Positions 17,971 through 27,777 of a DNA stretch of 64,000 nucleotides are shown piece after piece. The stretch spans positions 64,450 through 128,449 of the forward strand of contig JAOOLD010000001.1 of assembly GCA_028408365.1 (NCBI GenBank), in the 5' to 3' direction. The stretch's first letter is position 1, and each line of letters starts with the position of its first letter. Below the pieces are notes generated by a model. That model did not search any database, was not told the DNA's origin, and saw only the letters and a list, made by a program, of their open reading frames with translations. Made by a program: the position numbers and the translations under genes. Source of the stretch: Bacteroidota bacterium. Its GTDB lineage: Bacteria; Bacteroidota; Bacteroidia; Flavobacteriales; BACL11.

Positions 17971-19365
17971 ATGAAAGTTAAAACAATTTGTTGTATTGGT
18001 GCGGGTTACGTAGGTGGTCCAACAATGGCAGTTATAGCGCTAAAATGCCCGCATTTAAAAGTAAATGTAGTTGATATAAGCAAAGAAAGAATAGATGCAT
18101 GGAACTCAAAGGACCTTAACAGCTTGCCTGTTTATGAGCCAGGTTTAGCTGATGTAGTAAAGAAAGCTAGAAATCGTAATTTATTTTTCTCAACAGATAT
18201 CGATAATGCAATTGATGAATCTGAAATGATATTTATTGCCGTTAATACCCCAACAAAAAATTATGGTGAGGGTAAAGGTAAAGCTGCTGATTTGAAATAC
18301 GTAGAATTATGCGCACGTTCGATTGCCAGAGTATCGAAATCTGATAAAATTGTCGTTGAAAAATCTACTTTACCCGTTAGAACAGCAGAAGCTGTACAAA
18401 CTGTCTTGGACTCAACAGGAAATGGGGTTAATTTTGAGGTACTCTCTAATCCTGAATTTTTAGCAGAAGGAACAGCAATTGAGGATTTGTTTAAATCAGA
18501 TAGAGTACTCATTGGAGGTCAACAAAGTAAAAATGGAAAAAGAGCTATTTCTGAACTAGTCAATATCTACGCGAATTGGATTCCAAGAGAAAAAATATAC
18601 ACAACTAATGTTTGGTCATCAGAACTGTCTAAATTAGTAGCCAATGCTTTTTTGGCTCAAAGAATTAGCTCAATAAATAGTATCTCAGCTATATGTGAAG
18701 CTACTGAAGCAGACGTAGAAGAAGTTGCCACAGCAGTCGGAATGGATTCAAGAATTGGTAGTAAATTTTTAAAATCCTCAGTTGGTTTTGGAGGAAGTTG
18801 CTTTCAAAAAGATATACTAAATTTAGTTTATATTGCTCAGTCACTAGGCTTAAACCAAGTATCTGAATATTGGCACCAAGTCATAAAAATTAACGATTAC
18901 CAAAGACAACGTTTTGCAAAAAAAATTATGAATTCTCTTTTTGGAACAATCTCTGAAAAAAAAATAACTTTATTTGGCTGGGCATTCAAAAAGAATACTA
19001 ATGATACTAGAGAATCTTCAGCCATTTATGTAGCCGATATGTTAATTGAGAATGGAGCTAATATTTGTGCTTATGACCCAAAAGTTAATGAACAACAAAT
19101 GCTTTCGGACTTGGATAACTTAAATAACCGAACCTCTGATATAAATAAAACTGCACTTAATTTTTGCCCTGATCCTTATGAAGCGTGTAAAAATTCACAT
19201 GCTGTTGTAATTATTACAGAATGGGACGAATTTATTAATTATGACTGGAGCAAAATTTATAATCTTTTATCAAAACCTGCAAAAATCTTCGACGGAAGGA
19301 ATATATTAGATAAAGAAAAGCTTAAGGTTATTGGTTTTGAGATCTATTCAATTGGAAAATCGTAA
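17971..19365 (+). CDS. ugd: UDP-glucose 6-dehydrogenase, eukaryote-like long form
   Basis: 464 aa with [47 protein letters not shown] and [16 protein letters not shown]. These blocks match my memory of animal and plant UGDH. Confidence 0.92.
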   Translation: MKVKTICCIGAGYVGGPTMAVIALKCPHLKVNVVDISKERIDAWNSKDLNSLPVYEPGLADVVKKARNRNLFFSTDIDNAIDESEMIFIAVNTPTKNYGEGKGKAADLKYVELCARSIARVSKSDKIVVEKSTLPVRTAEAVQTVLDSTGNGVNFEVLSNPEFLAEGTAIEDLFKSDRVLIGGQQSKNGKRAISELVNIYANWIPREKIYTTNVWSSELSKLVANAFLAQRISSINSISAICEATEADVEEVATAVGMDSRIGSKFLKSSVGFGGSCFQKDILNLVYIAQSLGLNQVSEYWHQVIKINDYQRQRFAKKIMNSLFGTISEKKITLFGWAFKKNTNDTRESSAIYVADMLIENGANICAYDPKVNEQQMLSDLDNLNNRTSDINKTALNFCPDPYEACKNSHAVVIITEWDEFINYDWSKIYNLLSKPAKIFDGRNILDKEKLKVIGFEIYSIGKS

Positions 19366-20382
19366 ATGAAAGTTTTAGTTACTGGTTCAGCAGGCTTTAT
19401 AGGATTTCATACATGCGTTGAATTAGTTAATCGTGGGCATGATGTTTATGGTATTGATAATATAAATAACTATTATGATATTAATCTAAAGTATGATAGA
19501 TTAAAAGAGTTAGGGTTTAATAAAAAAGAAGCCTCAACCAATTTTTTTGAAGCTAAAAGTGGTAAGTATAAAAATTTGAGATTTAGCAAGTTAGATATTT
19601 CAAGCTCAGATTATTTAAATAAAATATTTAAAAAAGAAAAATTTGAAATTGTTTGCCATCTTGCTGCGCAGGCTGGAGTTAGATATAGTATAGAAAACCC
19701 CGAAGCATATATTAAAAGTAACATTTCTGGATTTTTAAATATTATAGAGGGTTGTAGAAATTATAAGGTAAAACATTTAGTTTATGCAAGCAGCTCCAGT
19801 ATCTATGGGAAAAATAATAAAGTTCCTTTCGAAACTTCAGACAAATCTGATAATCCAATAAGTTTATATGCTGCAACAAAAAAAAGCAATGAATTAATGG
19901 CCCACACTTATGGTCATTTATATGGCTTTAAAACTACTGGATTACGTTTCTTCACAGTTTACGGTCCTTGGGGGAGGCCTGACATGTCATATTTTCTATT
20001 TGCAGAAGCAATATCTAACAACAAACCAATTAAAGTTTTCAATAGTGGAAAAATGGAAAGGGATTTTACATACATAGATGATATTATTGAAGGTATAGTA
20101 AATGTTATAGAAAGAGATGTAGAAAAAAGGGAACATTATAAAATTTACAATATTGGCAATAATAAAGTTGAAACGTTAGAAAATTTTATTTCAACAATTG
20201 AATATGAAATGAATAAAAAGGCACTGAAAAAAATGTATCCGATGCAACCTGGAGATATGCTAAAAACTTATGCTAACATTAAAAATTTAAAATCAGATTT
20301 CAATTATCAGCCAACTACGAGCATAAAAACAGGTATCAAAAAATTCATAAACTGGTATCAAAATATTTATTTGAAAAAATGA
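19366..20382 (+). CDS. UDP-glucuronate 4-epimerase (NAD-dependent epimerase, Cap1J/LpsL-type)
   Basis: 338 aa SDR with VLVTGSAGFIGFH, the N-terminal signature NYYD..LK..RL, YAATK and RFFTVYGPWGRPDM. Confidence 0.8.
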   Translation: MKVLVTGSAGFIGFHTCVELVNRGHDVYGIDNINNYYDINLKYDRLKELGFNKKEASTNFFEAKSGKYKNLRFSKLDISSSDYLNKIFKKEKFEIVCHLAAQAGVRYSIENPEAYIKSNISGFLNIIEGCRNYKVKHLVYASSSSIYGKNNKVPFETSDKSDNPISLYAATKKSNELMAHTYGHLYGFKTTGLRFFTVYGPWGRPDMSYFLFAEAISNNKPIKVFNSGKMERDFTYIDDIIEGIVNVIERDVEKREHYKIYNIGNNKVETLENFISTIEYEMNKKALKKMYPMQPGDMLKTYANIKNLKSDFNYQPTTSIKTGIKKFINWYQNIYLKK

Positions 20383-21329
20383 CAAAAAATGTTAAAATTT
20401 ACGTTGCTGGGCATCATGGAATGGTTGGGTCTGCAGTCTTAAGAGCTTTAAAATCATACGGCTATTACAATATAGTTGGAAAAGCAAAAAAAGAATTGAA
20501 TTTAAGAAATCAAAATGATGTAAATGATTTTTTTGATTATCATAAGCCAGATGTTGTAATAAATGCTGCTGCTAAAGTCGGTGGAATTTTAGCTAACAAT
20601 GAATATCCTTATAATTTTTTAATGGAAAACATGCAAATTCAAAATAATTTGATTGACGGCGCATTTAAATCTAAAGTGAAAAAATTTATTTTTCTGGGAA
20701 GTTCTTGTATATACCCAAAGTTTGCGCCTCAGCCCTTAAAAGAAGAATATTTATTGACAAGCTCTTTAGAGCCAACTAATGAATGGTACGCAATTGCCAA
20801 AATAGCTGGAGTTAAAGCATGCGAATCAATAAGAAAGCAATTTGGTAAAGATTATATTAGCCTTATGCCTACTAACTTATATGGTTTTAACGACAACTTT
20901 GATTTAAAGTCCTCACATGTTTTGCCAGCAATGATTCGTAAATTTCATGAAGCTAAGATAGAGAGTCATAAGCCTGTAACACTTTGGGGTAGTGGAAGTC
21001 CCAAGCGCGAGTTTCTATATGTAGATGATCTAGCTGAAGCTGTAATTTACTTTCTAGAAAATAAATTTTCAAAACATTTTTACAATATTGGAACTGGTAA
21101 AGACATAAGCATTAAGATGCTTGCTGAACTAGTTCAAAAAGTTGTTGGTCATAATGGGGAAATTACTTGGGATAATTCAAAGCCAGATGGAACTCCAAGA
21201 AAACTTCTGGACATATCTAGAGCGGAAAAGGTAGGTTGGACATTCAAAACTAATCTAGATGAAGGTATTGATAAAACATACAACTGGTTTTTAAAAAATT
21301 TAAATAACTTTAAAGAAGTTAAATTATGA
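20379..21329 (+). CDS. fcl: GDP-L-fucose synthase
   Basis: 316 aa with [31 protein letters not shown] and NLYG motifs. ATGA overlaps on both sides. Confidence 0.9.
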   Translation: MTKNVKIYVAGHHGMVGSAVLRALKSYGYYNIVGKAKKELNLRNQNDVNDFFDYHKPDVVINAAAKVGGILANNEYPYNFLMENMQIQNNLIDGAFKSKVKKFIFLGSSCIYPKFAPQPLKEEYLLTSSLEPTNEWYAIAKIAGVKACESIRKQFGKDYISLMPTNLYGFNDNFDLKSSHVLPAMIRKFHEAKIESHKPVTLWGSGSPKREFLYVDDLAEAVIYFLENKFSKHFYNIGTGKDISIKMLAELVQKVVGHNGEITWDNSKPDGTPRKLLDISRAEKVGWTFKTNLDEGIDKTYNWFLKNLNNFKEVKL

Positions 21330-22417
21330 AAGTAGCACTAATTACTGGCGTCACAGGTCAAGATGGCTCATATTTAGCAGAGCTATTACTTAATAAAGGG
21401 TACATGGTTCATGGAATTAAGAGAAGAGCCTCTTCTTTTAATACTCAGAGAATTGACCATATATATCAAGACCCTCACGAGGAAAATCCAAGATTTAAAT
21501 TACATTATGGTGATTTGACTGATTCATTAAATATTACTAAAATTATAAAACTTTGTCAACCGGATGAAATATATAATCTAGGCGCTATGTCTCATGTTAA
21601 AGTGTCATTTGACGTACCTGAATATGTGGGGCAAGTTGATGGGCTGGGAACACTTAGAATACTGGAAGCAGTTCGATTACTTGGCTTGGAGAAAAAAACT
21701 AGAATATACCAAGCCTCTACATCTGAACTTTACGGAGGCATGCAGGGTAACAAAAATGCAAAGGGGTTTTACGACGAGCAATCGACTTTTCATCCTAGAT
21801 CTCCTTACGGTGTTGCAAAATTATATGGGTTTTGGATTACTAAACATTATCGTGAAGCTTACAAGATGTTTGCATGTAATGGAATATTATTCAACCATGA
21901 ATCACCTCGAAGAGGTGAAACTTTTGTAACTCGTAAAATAACTCGTGCTGTTGCTAAAATTGCATTAGGAAAAAAAGATAAGTTTTATTTGGGTAATCTT
22001 GACGCCAAAAGAGATTGGGGGCATGCAAAAGATTACGTAAGAATGATGTGGATGATTTTACAAGCAGAAACAGCTGAGGATTGGGTTATTGCAACATCAG
22101 AAACTACTAGCGTCAGGGATTTTGTAATATTAGCATTTAGAGAAGTTGGTATTGAAATTGAATTTAAGGGTAAAGGATTGGATGAAAAAGCCTTTGTGGT
22201 CGCATGCAACAACAAAAATTATCAAATAACATTAGGCAAAGAAGTTTTATCTATTGATCCACAATATTTTAGACCAACAGAAGTAGATTTGTTAATAGGC
22301 GACCCATCTAAAGCTAAAAACAAACTAGGATGGGAACCCGAATTTAAGATTACTGATTTGGTTGCTGACATGATGAATTCTGATCTATTAATTTTTTCAA
22401 AAAAATACAATGTTTAA
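21326..22417 (+). CDS. gmd: GDP-mannose 4,6-dehydratase
   Basis: 363 aa with [35 protein letters not shown] and [10 protein letters not shown]. Confidence 0.95.
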   Translation: MKVALITGVTGQDGSYLAELLLNKGYMVHGIKRRASSFNTQRIDHIYQDPHEENPRFKLHYGDLTDSLNITKIIKLCQPDEIYNLGAMSHVKVSFDVPEYVGQVDGLGTLRILEAVRLLGLEKKTRIYQASTSELYGGMQGNKNAKGFYDEQSTFHPRSPYGVAKLYGFWITKHYREAYKMFACNGILFNHESPRRGETFVTRKITRAVAKIALGKKDKFYLGNLDAKRDWGHAKDYVRMMWMILQAETAEDWVIATSETTSVRDFVILAFREVGIEIEFKGKGLDEKAFVVACNNKNYQITLGKEVLSIDPQYFRPTEVDLLIGDPSKAKNKLGWEPEFKITDLVADMMNSDLLIFSKKYNV

Positions 22418-23432
22418 AAATAAAACCTTATTAATAACTGGAGGAACAGGTTCTTTTGGTAATGCTGTTCTAAATTACTTTGTTCAATCTAAAATTAAAG
22501 AAATAAGAGTCTTTAGTAGAGATGAGAAAAAACAAGAGGACATGCGTATTAATCATAAAGATGACAAAATTAACTTTATTATTGGTGATGTAAGGGATTA
22601 TCAAAGCATAAGTAATGCAATGAGTGGCGTTGATTATGTATTTCATGCTGCGGCTCTTAAGCAAGTTCCTTCATGTGAATTTTTTCCAACTGAAGCTATA
22701 AAAACTAATATTCTTGGTGCTGAAAATGTTTTAGAGGCTGCAGCTAATAATAATGTAAAAAAAGTAATTGTTTTAAGCACTGATAAGGCTGTATACCCAA
22801 TTAACACTATGGGAATTTCTAAAGCAATGATGGAAAAGCTTGCTGTAAGTAAGGCAAGAGATTCTAGAGTAATAAATAATAAGGCTGTAATTTGTGCAAC
22901 TAGATATGGAAATGTCATGTGTTCAAGAGGCTCAATAATTCCTCTATTTATTAAACAAATCAAAGAAGGTAAAGACCTTACAATTACAAACCCAAAAATG
23001 ACAAGATTTATGATGTCATTAGCTGATTCTGTGAATTTGGTATTGTTCGCGTTTAAAAATGCTAACCCTGGCGATATATTTGTCCAAAAATCTCCAGCTA
23101 CAACTATCGAGACTTTAGCGAAAGCGCTATTAGAACTGTTTAATGCAAACAACAAAATTAAAATAATTGGAGCAAGACATGGAGAAAAAATGTATGAATC
23201 TTTATGTGCTAAAGAGGAAATGTCAAAGGCTGACGATTTAGGCAGCTTTTTCAGAATACCAGCAGATTTTCGAGATTTAAACTATACAAAATACTTGAAG
23301 AAGGATGGTCCCAAACTACAAGAAAAAGAATATAATTCAGACAATACTAAACGTCTTAACGTTAAAGAGCTAAAGCATCTTTTGTTAACACTTGATGATG
23401 TCAAAGAAGAGTTGAGGAAAAATAGTAATTAA
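22410..23432 (+). CDS. UDP-N-acetylglucosamine 4,6-dehydratase/5-epimerase, CapE/FnlA/WbjB type
   Basis: 340 aa and near-colinear with S. aureus CapE as I remember it. Matching blocks are [39 protein letters not shown], and [21 protein letters not shown] with the MxxxK variant of Yxxx[12 protein letters not shown] and EYNSDNT also match. Confidence 0.85.
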   Translation: MFKNKTLLITGGTGSFGNAVLNYFVQSKIKEIRVFSRDEKKQEDMRINHKDDKINFIIGDVRDYQSISNAMSGVDYVFHAAALKQVPSCEFFPTEAIKTNILGAENVLEAAANNNVKKVIVLSTDKAVYPINTMGISKAMMEKLAVSKARDSRVINNKAVICATRYGNVMCSRGSIIPLFIKQIKEGKDLTITNPKMTRFMMSLADSVNLVLFAFKNANPGDIFVQKSPATTIETLAKALLELFNANNKIKIIGARHGEKMYESLCAKEEMSKADDLGSFFRIPADFRDLNYTKYLKKDGPKLQEKEYNSDNTKRLNVKELKHLLLTLDDVKEELRKNSN

Positions 23433-23434
23433 AA

Positions 23435-24520
23435 ATGATTCCTATAGTTAAACCTTACATTCCACCTCGAAATCAATTAATGCCTGCTTTGCAGAAAACT
23501 ATCTACTCTGGTTATATTGCTCAAGGCAAAAAAGTAGAAGATTTTGAAAAAATGTTAGGTCAGTATTTTGAAAATAACAAAGTGCTGACTGTTAACTCAG
23601 GGACATCTGCTCTTCATTTGTCTTTAATACTTGCAAACGTTGGTCCTGGCGATGAAGTAATATCAACCGCCTTGACAGCGGAGCCAACAAATACAGCAAT
23701 TTCCCAAACTGGTGCTAAGGTTGTATGGGCAGATATTGAACGGTCAACTGGACTGATATGTCCAAAATCAGCTGAGAAACTAATAAACAACAAAACCAAA
23801 GCTATTATGATTGTTCATTATGCAGGCATGGTTGCTAATTTAAATAAGTTTTATAGTATTAGAAAAAAATATAATATTCCTATAATTGAAGACTGTGCTC
23901 ATGCTTTTGGGGCTGAGTACAAAAATAAAAAGCTTGGATATTGCTCTGATTTTGCTATTTATTCTTTCCAAGCTATAAAACATCTGACAACAATTGATGG
24001 GGGATTATTAATTCTTAAAAAATCTTCTGACTATGATCGTGCAAAAAAACTAAGATGGTTTGGGTTAGATAAAACAAAACCAAGACTAAAGAATAATATA
24101 ACTGAGTGTGGATTTAAGTACCACATGAATGATGTGAACGCCACTTTCGGACTCATTCAATTAAATTATCTAAAAGAGAACGTAAATAAATATATTGAGA
24201 ATGGATTATTTTTTGATAGAGAATTAAAAGATGTTGATGGGATACAAATTATTAAATACCATGATGATACTAAACCATCCTATTGGCTATATACAGCTAT
24301 GGTTGACAGAAAAGATGATTTTATTGAACATATGAACAGCAACGGTATACAGTGCTCTTCTTTACACTTGAGAAACGATAGACATTCAATTTTTGAGGAT
24401 GGTTCTCATTTGAAAGGATTAGAATCCTTTTATGGAAATTATGTTCACTGGGGGTGCGGATGGTGGATCACAGAAAAAAATCGAAATAAAATCGTTGAAC
24501 TGATAAAAAAAGGGTGGTAA
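23435..24520 (+). CDS. DegT/DnrJ/EryC1/StrS-family sugar aminotransferase (canonical)
   Basis: 361 aa with IIEDCAHAFG and the PLP-lysine block YSFQAIKHLTTIDGG. That lysine is K182, codon AAA at 23978-23980. Confidence 0.85.
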   Translation: MIPIVKPYIPPRNQLMPALQKTIYSGYIAQGKKVEDFEKMLGQYFENNKVLTVNSGTSALHLSLILANVGPGDEVISTALTAEPTNTAISQTGAKVVWADIERSTGLICPKSAEKLINNKTKAIMIVHYAGMVANLNKFYSIRKKYNIPIIEDCAHAFGAEYKNKKLGYCSDFAIYSFQAIKHLTTIDGGLLILKKSSDYDRAKKLRWFGLDKTKPRLKNNITECGFKYHMNDVNATFGLIQLNYLKENVNKYIENGLFFDRELKDVDGIQIIKYHDDTKPSYWLYTAMVDRKDDFIEHMNSNGIQCSSLHLRNDRHSIFEDGSHLKGLESFYGNYVHWGCGWWITEKNRNKIVELIKKGW

Positions 24521-25594
24521 ATGATTCCAATTTTCAAACCATACATGCCTGAGAACGTTACAGAGGGAATAAATAAAATTCTTTACTCTGGCTCATTATC
24601 TTATGCAAAATATGGTAAGAAATTTGAAAAAGATCTTTCTAGATATATTGGCTGTAAAAATATTTTGACAATAAGTTCTTATAACCAAGCAATGATGGTT
24701 CTTTTATCTACATTGGAGCTAAATAAAAATGATGAAATAATAGCATCACCTGTTAGTTGTCTTGCTTCAAACCAACCTTTTGCAACTAGGGGCCTTAAAG
24801 TAGTTTGGGCTGATATTAATCCACATAAAGGGACCTTGTGCGTTGATGATGTAAAGTCAAAAATAACTTCGAAAACAAAAGCAATATTCCATAATCATTT
24901 TTGTGGCTATTTAGGTAATGTTAATGAGATTAATTCTTTAGGAAATGAGTTTGGCATACCAGTAATTGACGATTGTATTGAAGCTTTTGGATCAATTCTT
25001 AATAATAAAAAAAGTGGAAATTTAGGTACAGATATATCTGTTTTTTCATTTCAAACTGTGCGATTACCAAATACAATTAACGGCGGCGGATTAGTTTTTA
25101 GTGATGATAAACTGTTTGAAAAGGCAAAAAAAATAAGAGATTATGGTATAGATCGAAGTAAGTTTAGAGATTCTATTAATGAAATTAATGTAGATTGCGA
25201 TATAAAAATTGAGGGTTATGGAGCTTTAATGAGCGAGTTAAATTCATTTATAGGTTCGTGTCAATTAGAAGAAATTTCAAAATTAATCAAACAACATGAA
25301 AAAAATGCTGAAATATGGAACTCAAGAATAAATAGATTTAAAAATATTAAGCCAATCGAAATAACTAATAATTCTTCACCAAATTATTGGGTTTACGGAA
25401 CATTATCAAAAAATAAATATGAAAGTATTAGAAAATTTAGAGACATGGGTTTTTATGCAAGTGGTGTACATATAAATAATAATATTTATTCGATTTTTAA
25501 TAATAAGATTGAATTAAAAGGGGTCAGTGAATTTATTAGTCGCTTTGTTGCGCTTCCATGTGGCTGGTGGTTTAACTTATCAAATATTGAATAA
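24521..25594 (+). CDS. DegT-family paralog lacking the PLP Schiff-base lysine (Lys->Arg)
   Basis: 357 aa. It is a clear tandem paralog of the upstream gene (MIPIFKPYMPE vs MIPIVKPYIPP; VVWADI in both; CGWW near both C-termini). The aligned block reads FSFQTVRLPNTINGG, with R181 (codon CGA at 25061-25063) where the lysine should be. Confidence 0.8.
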   Translation: MIPIFKPYMPENVTEGINKILYSGSLSYAKYGKKFEKDLSRYIGCKNILTISSYNQAMMVLLSTLELNKNDEIIASPVSCLASNQPFATRGLKVVWADINPHKGTLCVDDVKSKITSKTKAIFHNHFCGYLGNVNEINSLGNEFGIPVIDDCIEAFGSILNNKKSGNLGTDISVFSFQTVRLPNTINGGGLVFSDDKLFEKAKKIRDYGIDRSKFRDSINEINVDCDIKIEGYGALMSELNSFIGSCQLEEISKLIKQHEKNAEIWNSRINRFKNIKPIEITNNSSPNYWVYGTLSKNKYESIRKFRDMGFYASGVHINNNIYSIFNNKIELKGVSEFISRFVALPCGWWFNLSNIE

Positions 25595-26369
25595 GAAAAA
25601 GAAAATAAAGATTGCTTTTGCAGCAAGCAGAGATTTGGGACATATTTTAATTTCGTGGATTAAAAAAAATGAAGAGTTACACCAAATTGAAATTGTTGGA
25701 GGCGTAGCTGTTAATTATAAGAATTGGTGGGATGACAAAATTGAAAAATTATATCTTTCTAAAAACATAAAACCTTTCAAATGCATTAAAGAATTAATAG
25801 AACAAACCAATCCTGATCTCATTTTTTCTTTTAATTATTGGAAAATTATTCCCAAAAAACTTTTTGATAAAGTTCCAAATGGAATAATTAATATTCATCA
25901 CTCTTACAAACTGAGATTTAGAGGAAGATATTCAACAAGTTGGGCTATTGTTCGTGCTAGGAAAGATAACAATTGGTGGCACGGAACATCTATTCATTAT
26001 ATAAATGAAAACCTAGATGAGGGGTCAATTATCCTTACTGAAAAAATCCCTATTTTAAAAAACGATACATCTGAAACACTTTTTAAAAAAGTTCAGGATT
26101 TGTCGATTAAATTGTTTAAAGAAAACTTTTCATTTATAATTGATAATTCAAATAAAAAAATAATTAAAAATGATAATAAATATTATTTCTATGATAGTGG
26201 TTCTAAGAACAACATTATACTTCCCGATAATGTAACAAAAGAAGAGATTTTAGATTACGTTAGAGCATGGACATTTAAAGACAGGGCGTTACCCGTGGTA
26301 AAGTATAGAGGAAAAGCTATTTCGTTAAGTATTCTAGCCAAGCAAGTAAGCAATTTAAAAGATGAATAA
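25587..26369 (+). CDS. Sugar N-formyltransferase (Fmt/PurN-like N-terminal domain)
   Basis: The formyltransferase skeleton N-x-H-x-S-x5-R-G is present as NIHHSYKLRFRG, with a downstream Asp in ENLDEGSII. The start is uncertain. I prefer TTG 25587 (MNKKKKIKIAFAAS), which overlaps the upstream stop by 8 nt, over the track's GTG at 25527. Confidence 0.7.
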   Translation: MNKKKKIKIAFAASRDLGHILISWIKKNEELHQIEIVGGVAVNYKNWWDDKIEKLYLSKNIKPFKCIKELIEQTNPDLIFSFNYWKIIPKKLFDKVPNGIINIHHSYKLRFRGRYSTSWAIVRARKDNNWWHGTSIHYINENLDEGSIILTEKIPILKNDTSETLFKKVQDLSIKLFKENFSFIIDNSNKKIIKNDNKYYFYDSGSKNNIILPDNVTKEEILDYVRAWTFKDRALPVVKYRGKAISLSILAKQVSNLKDE

Positions 26370-27777
26370 ATTAATAAAAAACTGGAGCTATTTAATGTTT
26401 TCTGATTTTTTTCAGCAGATTATTGGCTTCTTAGTTGTCATTTTATTGGCTCGAAAATTGTCACCTGACGGTTATGGTTTTTATAATCTTATTTTATCAA
26501 CGGTAACCATTTTTGGAGTGATCGCACAGTTTGGCATGAGTACTGTTGTAATAAGAGAATTATCTTTGAAACCAAAAAAATCTGCATCTTTTTTAAAGAA
26601 ATTTGTAATCCCATTTAGATTCTTATCCTTTATTTTCTCATTGTGCGTCTTTATGATTTATAATAATTACACATCTACCATTGAAAATCATTGGATAATT
26701 TACTTAATGCTAATGATTTTAAATATTTCATTATGGGATTTTTCAGAAAGTATAGCTTTTGGCCATGAAGTCACTAGATTTTCATCGATTTTGAATGTAA
26801 TCACTTCTATTTTGTGGCTTACAGCAATTTTATTAGTGCCTGAAAAGATGTTAAATGTACATGCAGTTGTGATTATTTATTGTTTTTTACATTTTATCAA
26901 AGCTTTTTCATATCTAATTATTGTAACTAAAAATTTTATAATTGGATATAATGAGCAAGAAAGTTATTTAGGAGGTAAAAAAATTTTAAAAATGTCTCTT
27001 CCATATGTGTGGTTACTTATCTTAGTGACATTATCAAATCAGCTGCCTTTTCAGTTTTTGAATTTAAATTCTAATCATACTGAAATAGGTTTTTATTCTG
27101 TTGGATTCAAACTTATGATTCCAATATCAATCGCTGTTGGTACTGGGTTTAAGGCTGTTTTTCCAGCACTAACTAGACTTTATTCAATAAATAAAAAAGA
27201 GTTTCAAAACAAAATTAAATTAGCTTTCGATTTTATCATAATTTTTGGTACGTTAATTGCGATTATTACATCAACCACTAGTCATTATTGGATTCCTTTT
27301 CTTTTTGGTGAAAATTATATTGAGTCTATAACCGTATTTAATTTTTTAATTTGGTTTAGTGTCTTTTCGATCTTAGATTCTTTATTAAGTAATGGTTTGT
27401 CTGCGGCTTACAAAGAACAAACTTTAGCTTTAATTGCAACTATTGATGTTGTTATAATTATTCCTTTTTTATATTATGCCTCTAACTATGGTGCCAACGG
27501 TCTTGCAATAATAAAATTAATATTAGGAGCAATCTTTTTTCTTTACCATTTAATTATTTTTGTTAGAGTATTAAAAGTCAAAATAATAGATCTTAATTTT
27601 ATACTGCTCATTAGTTTTTATTTGTTGAGTTTATTAACTTGCTTACTTGTAAGCTCAATTTTTCTTAAGCTTTTATTTCTTTCATTTTTTGTTTTATTTG
27701 TAATAATGTATAAAAAAACAGAAATAAGTCTACTTCGTAATCAAATCATTAAAAAAATTAAAAATTTTACAGAATGA
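26362..27777 (+). CDS. wzx: Polysaccharide flippase (Wzx, MOP superfamily)
   Basis: 471 aa with about 12-14 hydrophobic helices and an N-terminus typical of Wzx/RfbX (FFQQIIGFLVVILLARKLSPDGYGFY). Confidence 0.8.
   Translation: MNKLIKNWSYLMFSDFFQQIIGFLVVILLARKLSPDGYGFYNLILSTVTIFGVIAQFGMSTVVIRELSLKPKKSASFLKKFVIPFRFLSFIFSLCVFMIYNNYTSTIENHWIIYLMLMILNISLWDFSESIAFGHEVTRFSSILNVITSILWLTAILLVPEKMLNVHAVVIIYCFLHFIKAFSYLIIVTKNFIIGYNEQESYLGGKKILKMSLPYVWLLILVTLSNQLPFQFLNLNSNHTEIGFYSVGFKLMIPISIAVGTGFKAVFPALTRLYSINKKEFQNKIKLAFDFIIIFGTLIAIITSTTSHYWIPFLFGENYIESITVFNFLIWFSVFSILDSLLSNGLSAAYKEQTLALIATIDVVIIIPFLYYASNYGANGLAIIKLILGAIFFLYHLIIFVRVLKVKIIDLNFILLISFYLLSLLTCLLVSSIFLKLLFLSFFVLFVIMYKKTEISLLRNQIIKKIKNFTE

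Noticed and set aside
22643-23155. A 170-aa ORF antisense to the CapE/FnlA-type dehydratase gene. Similar antisense ORFs lie at 7463-7885, 38115-38486, 17266-17538, 39197-39499 and 48086-48379.
   Set aside because: Each lies wholly inside, and antisense to, a CDS with strong family motifs. Their translations are low-complexity and hydrophobic with no recognisable motifs. They look like typical shadow ORFs.
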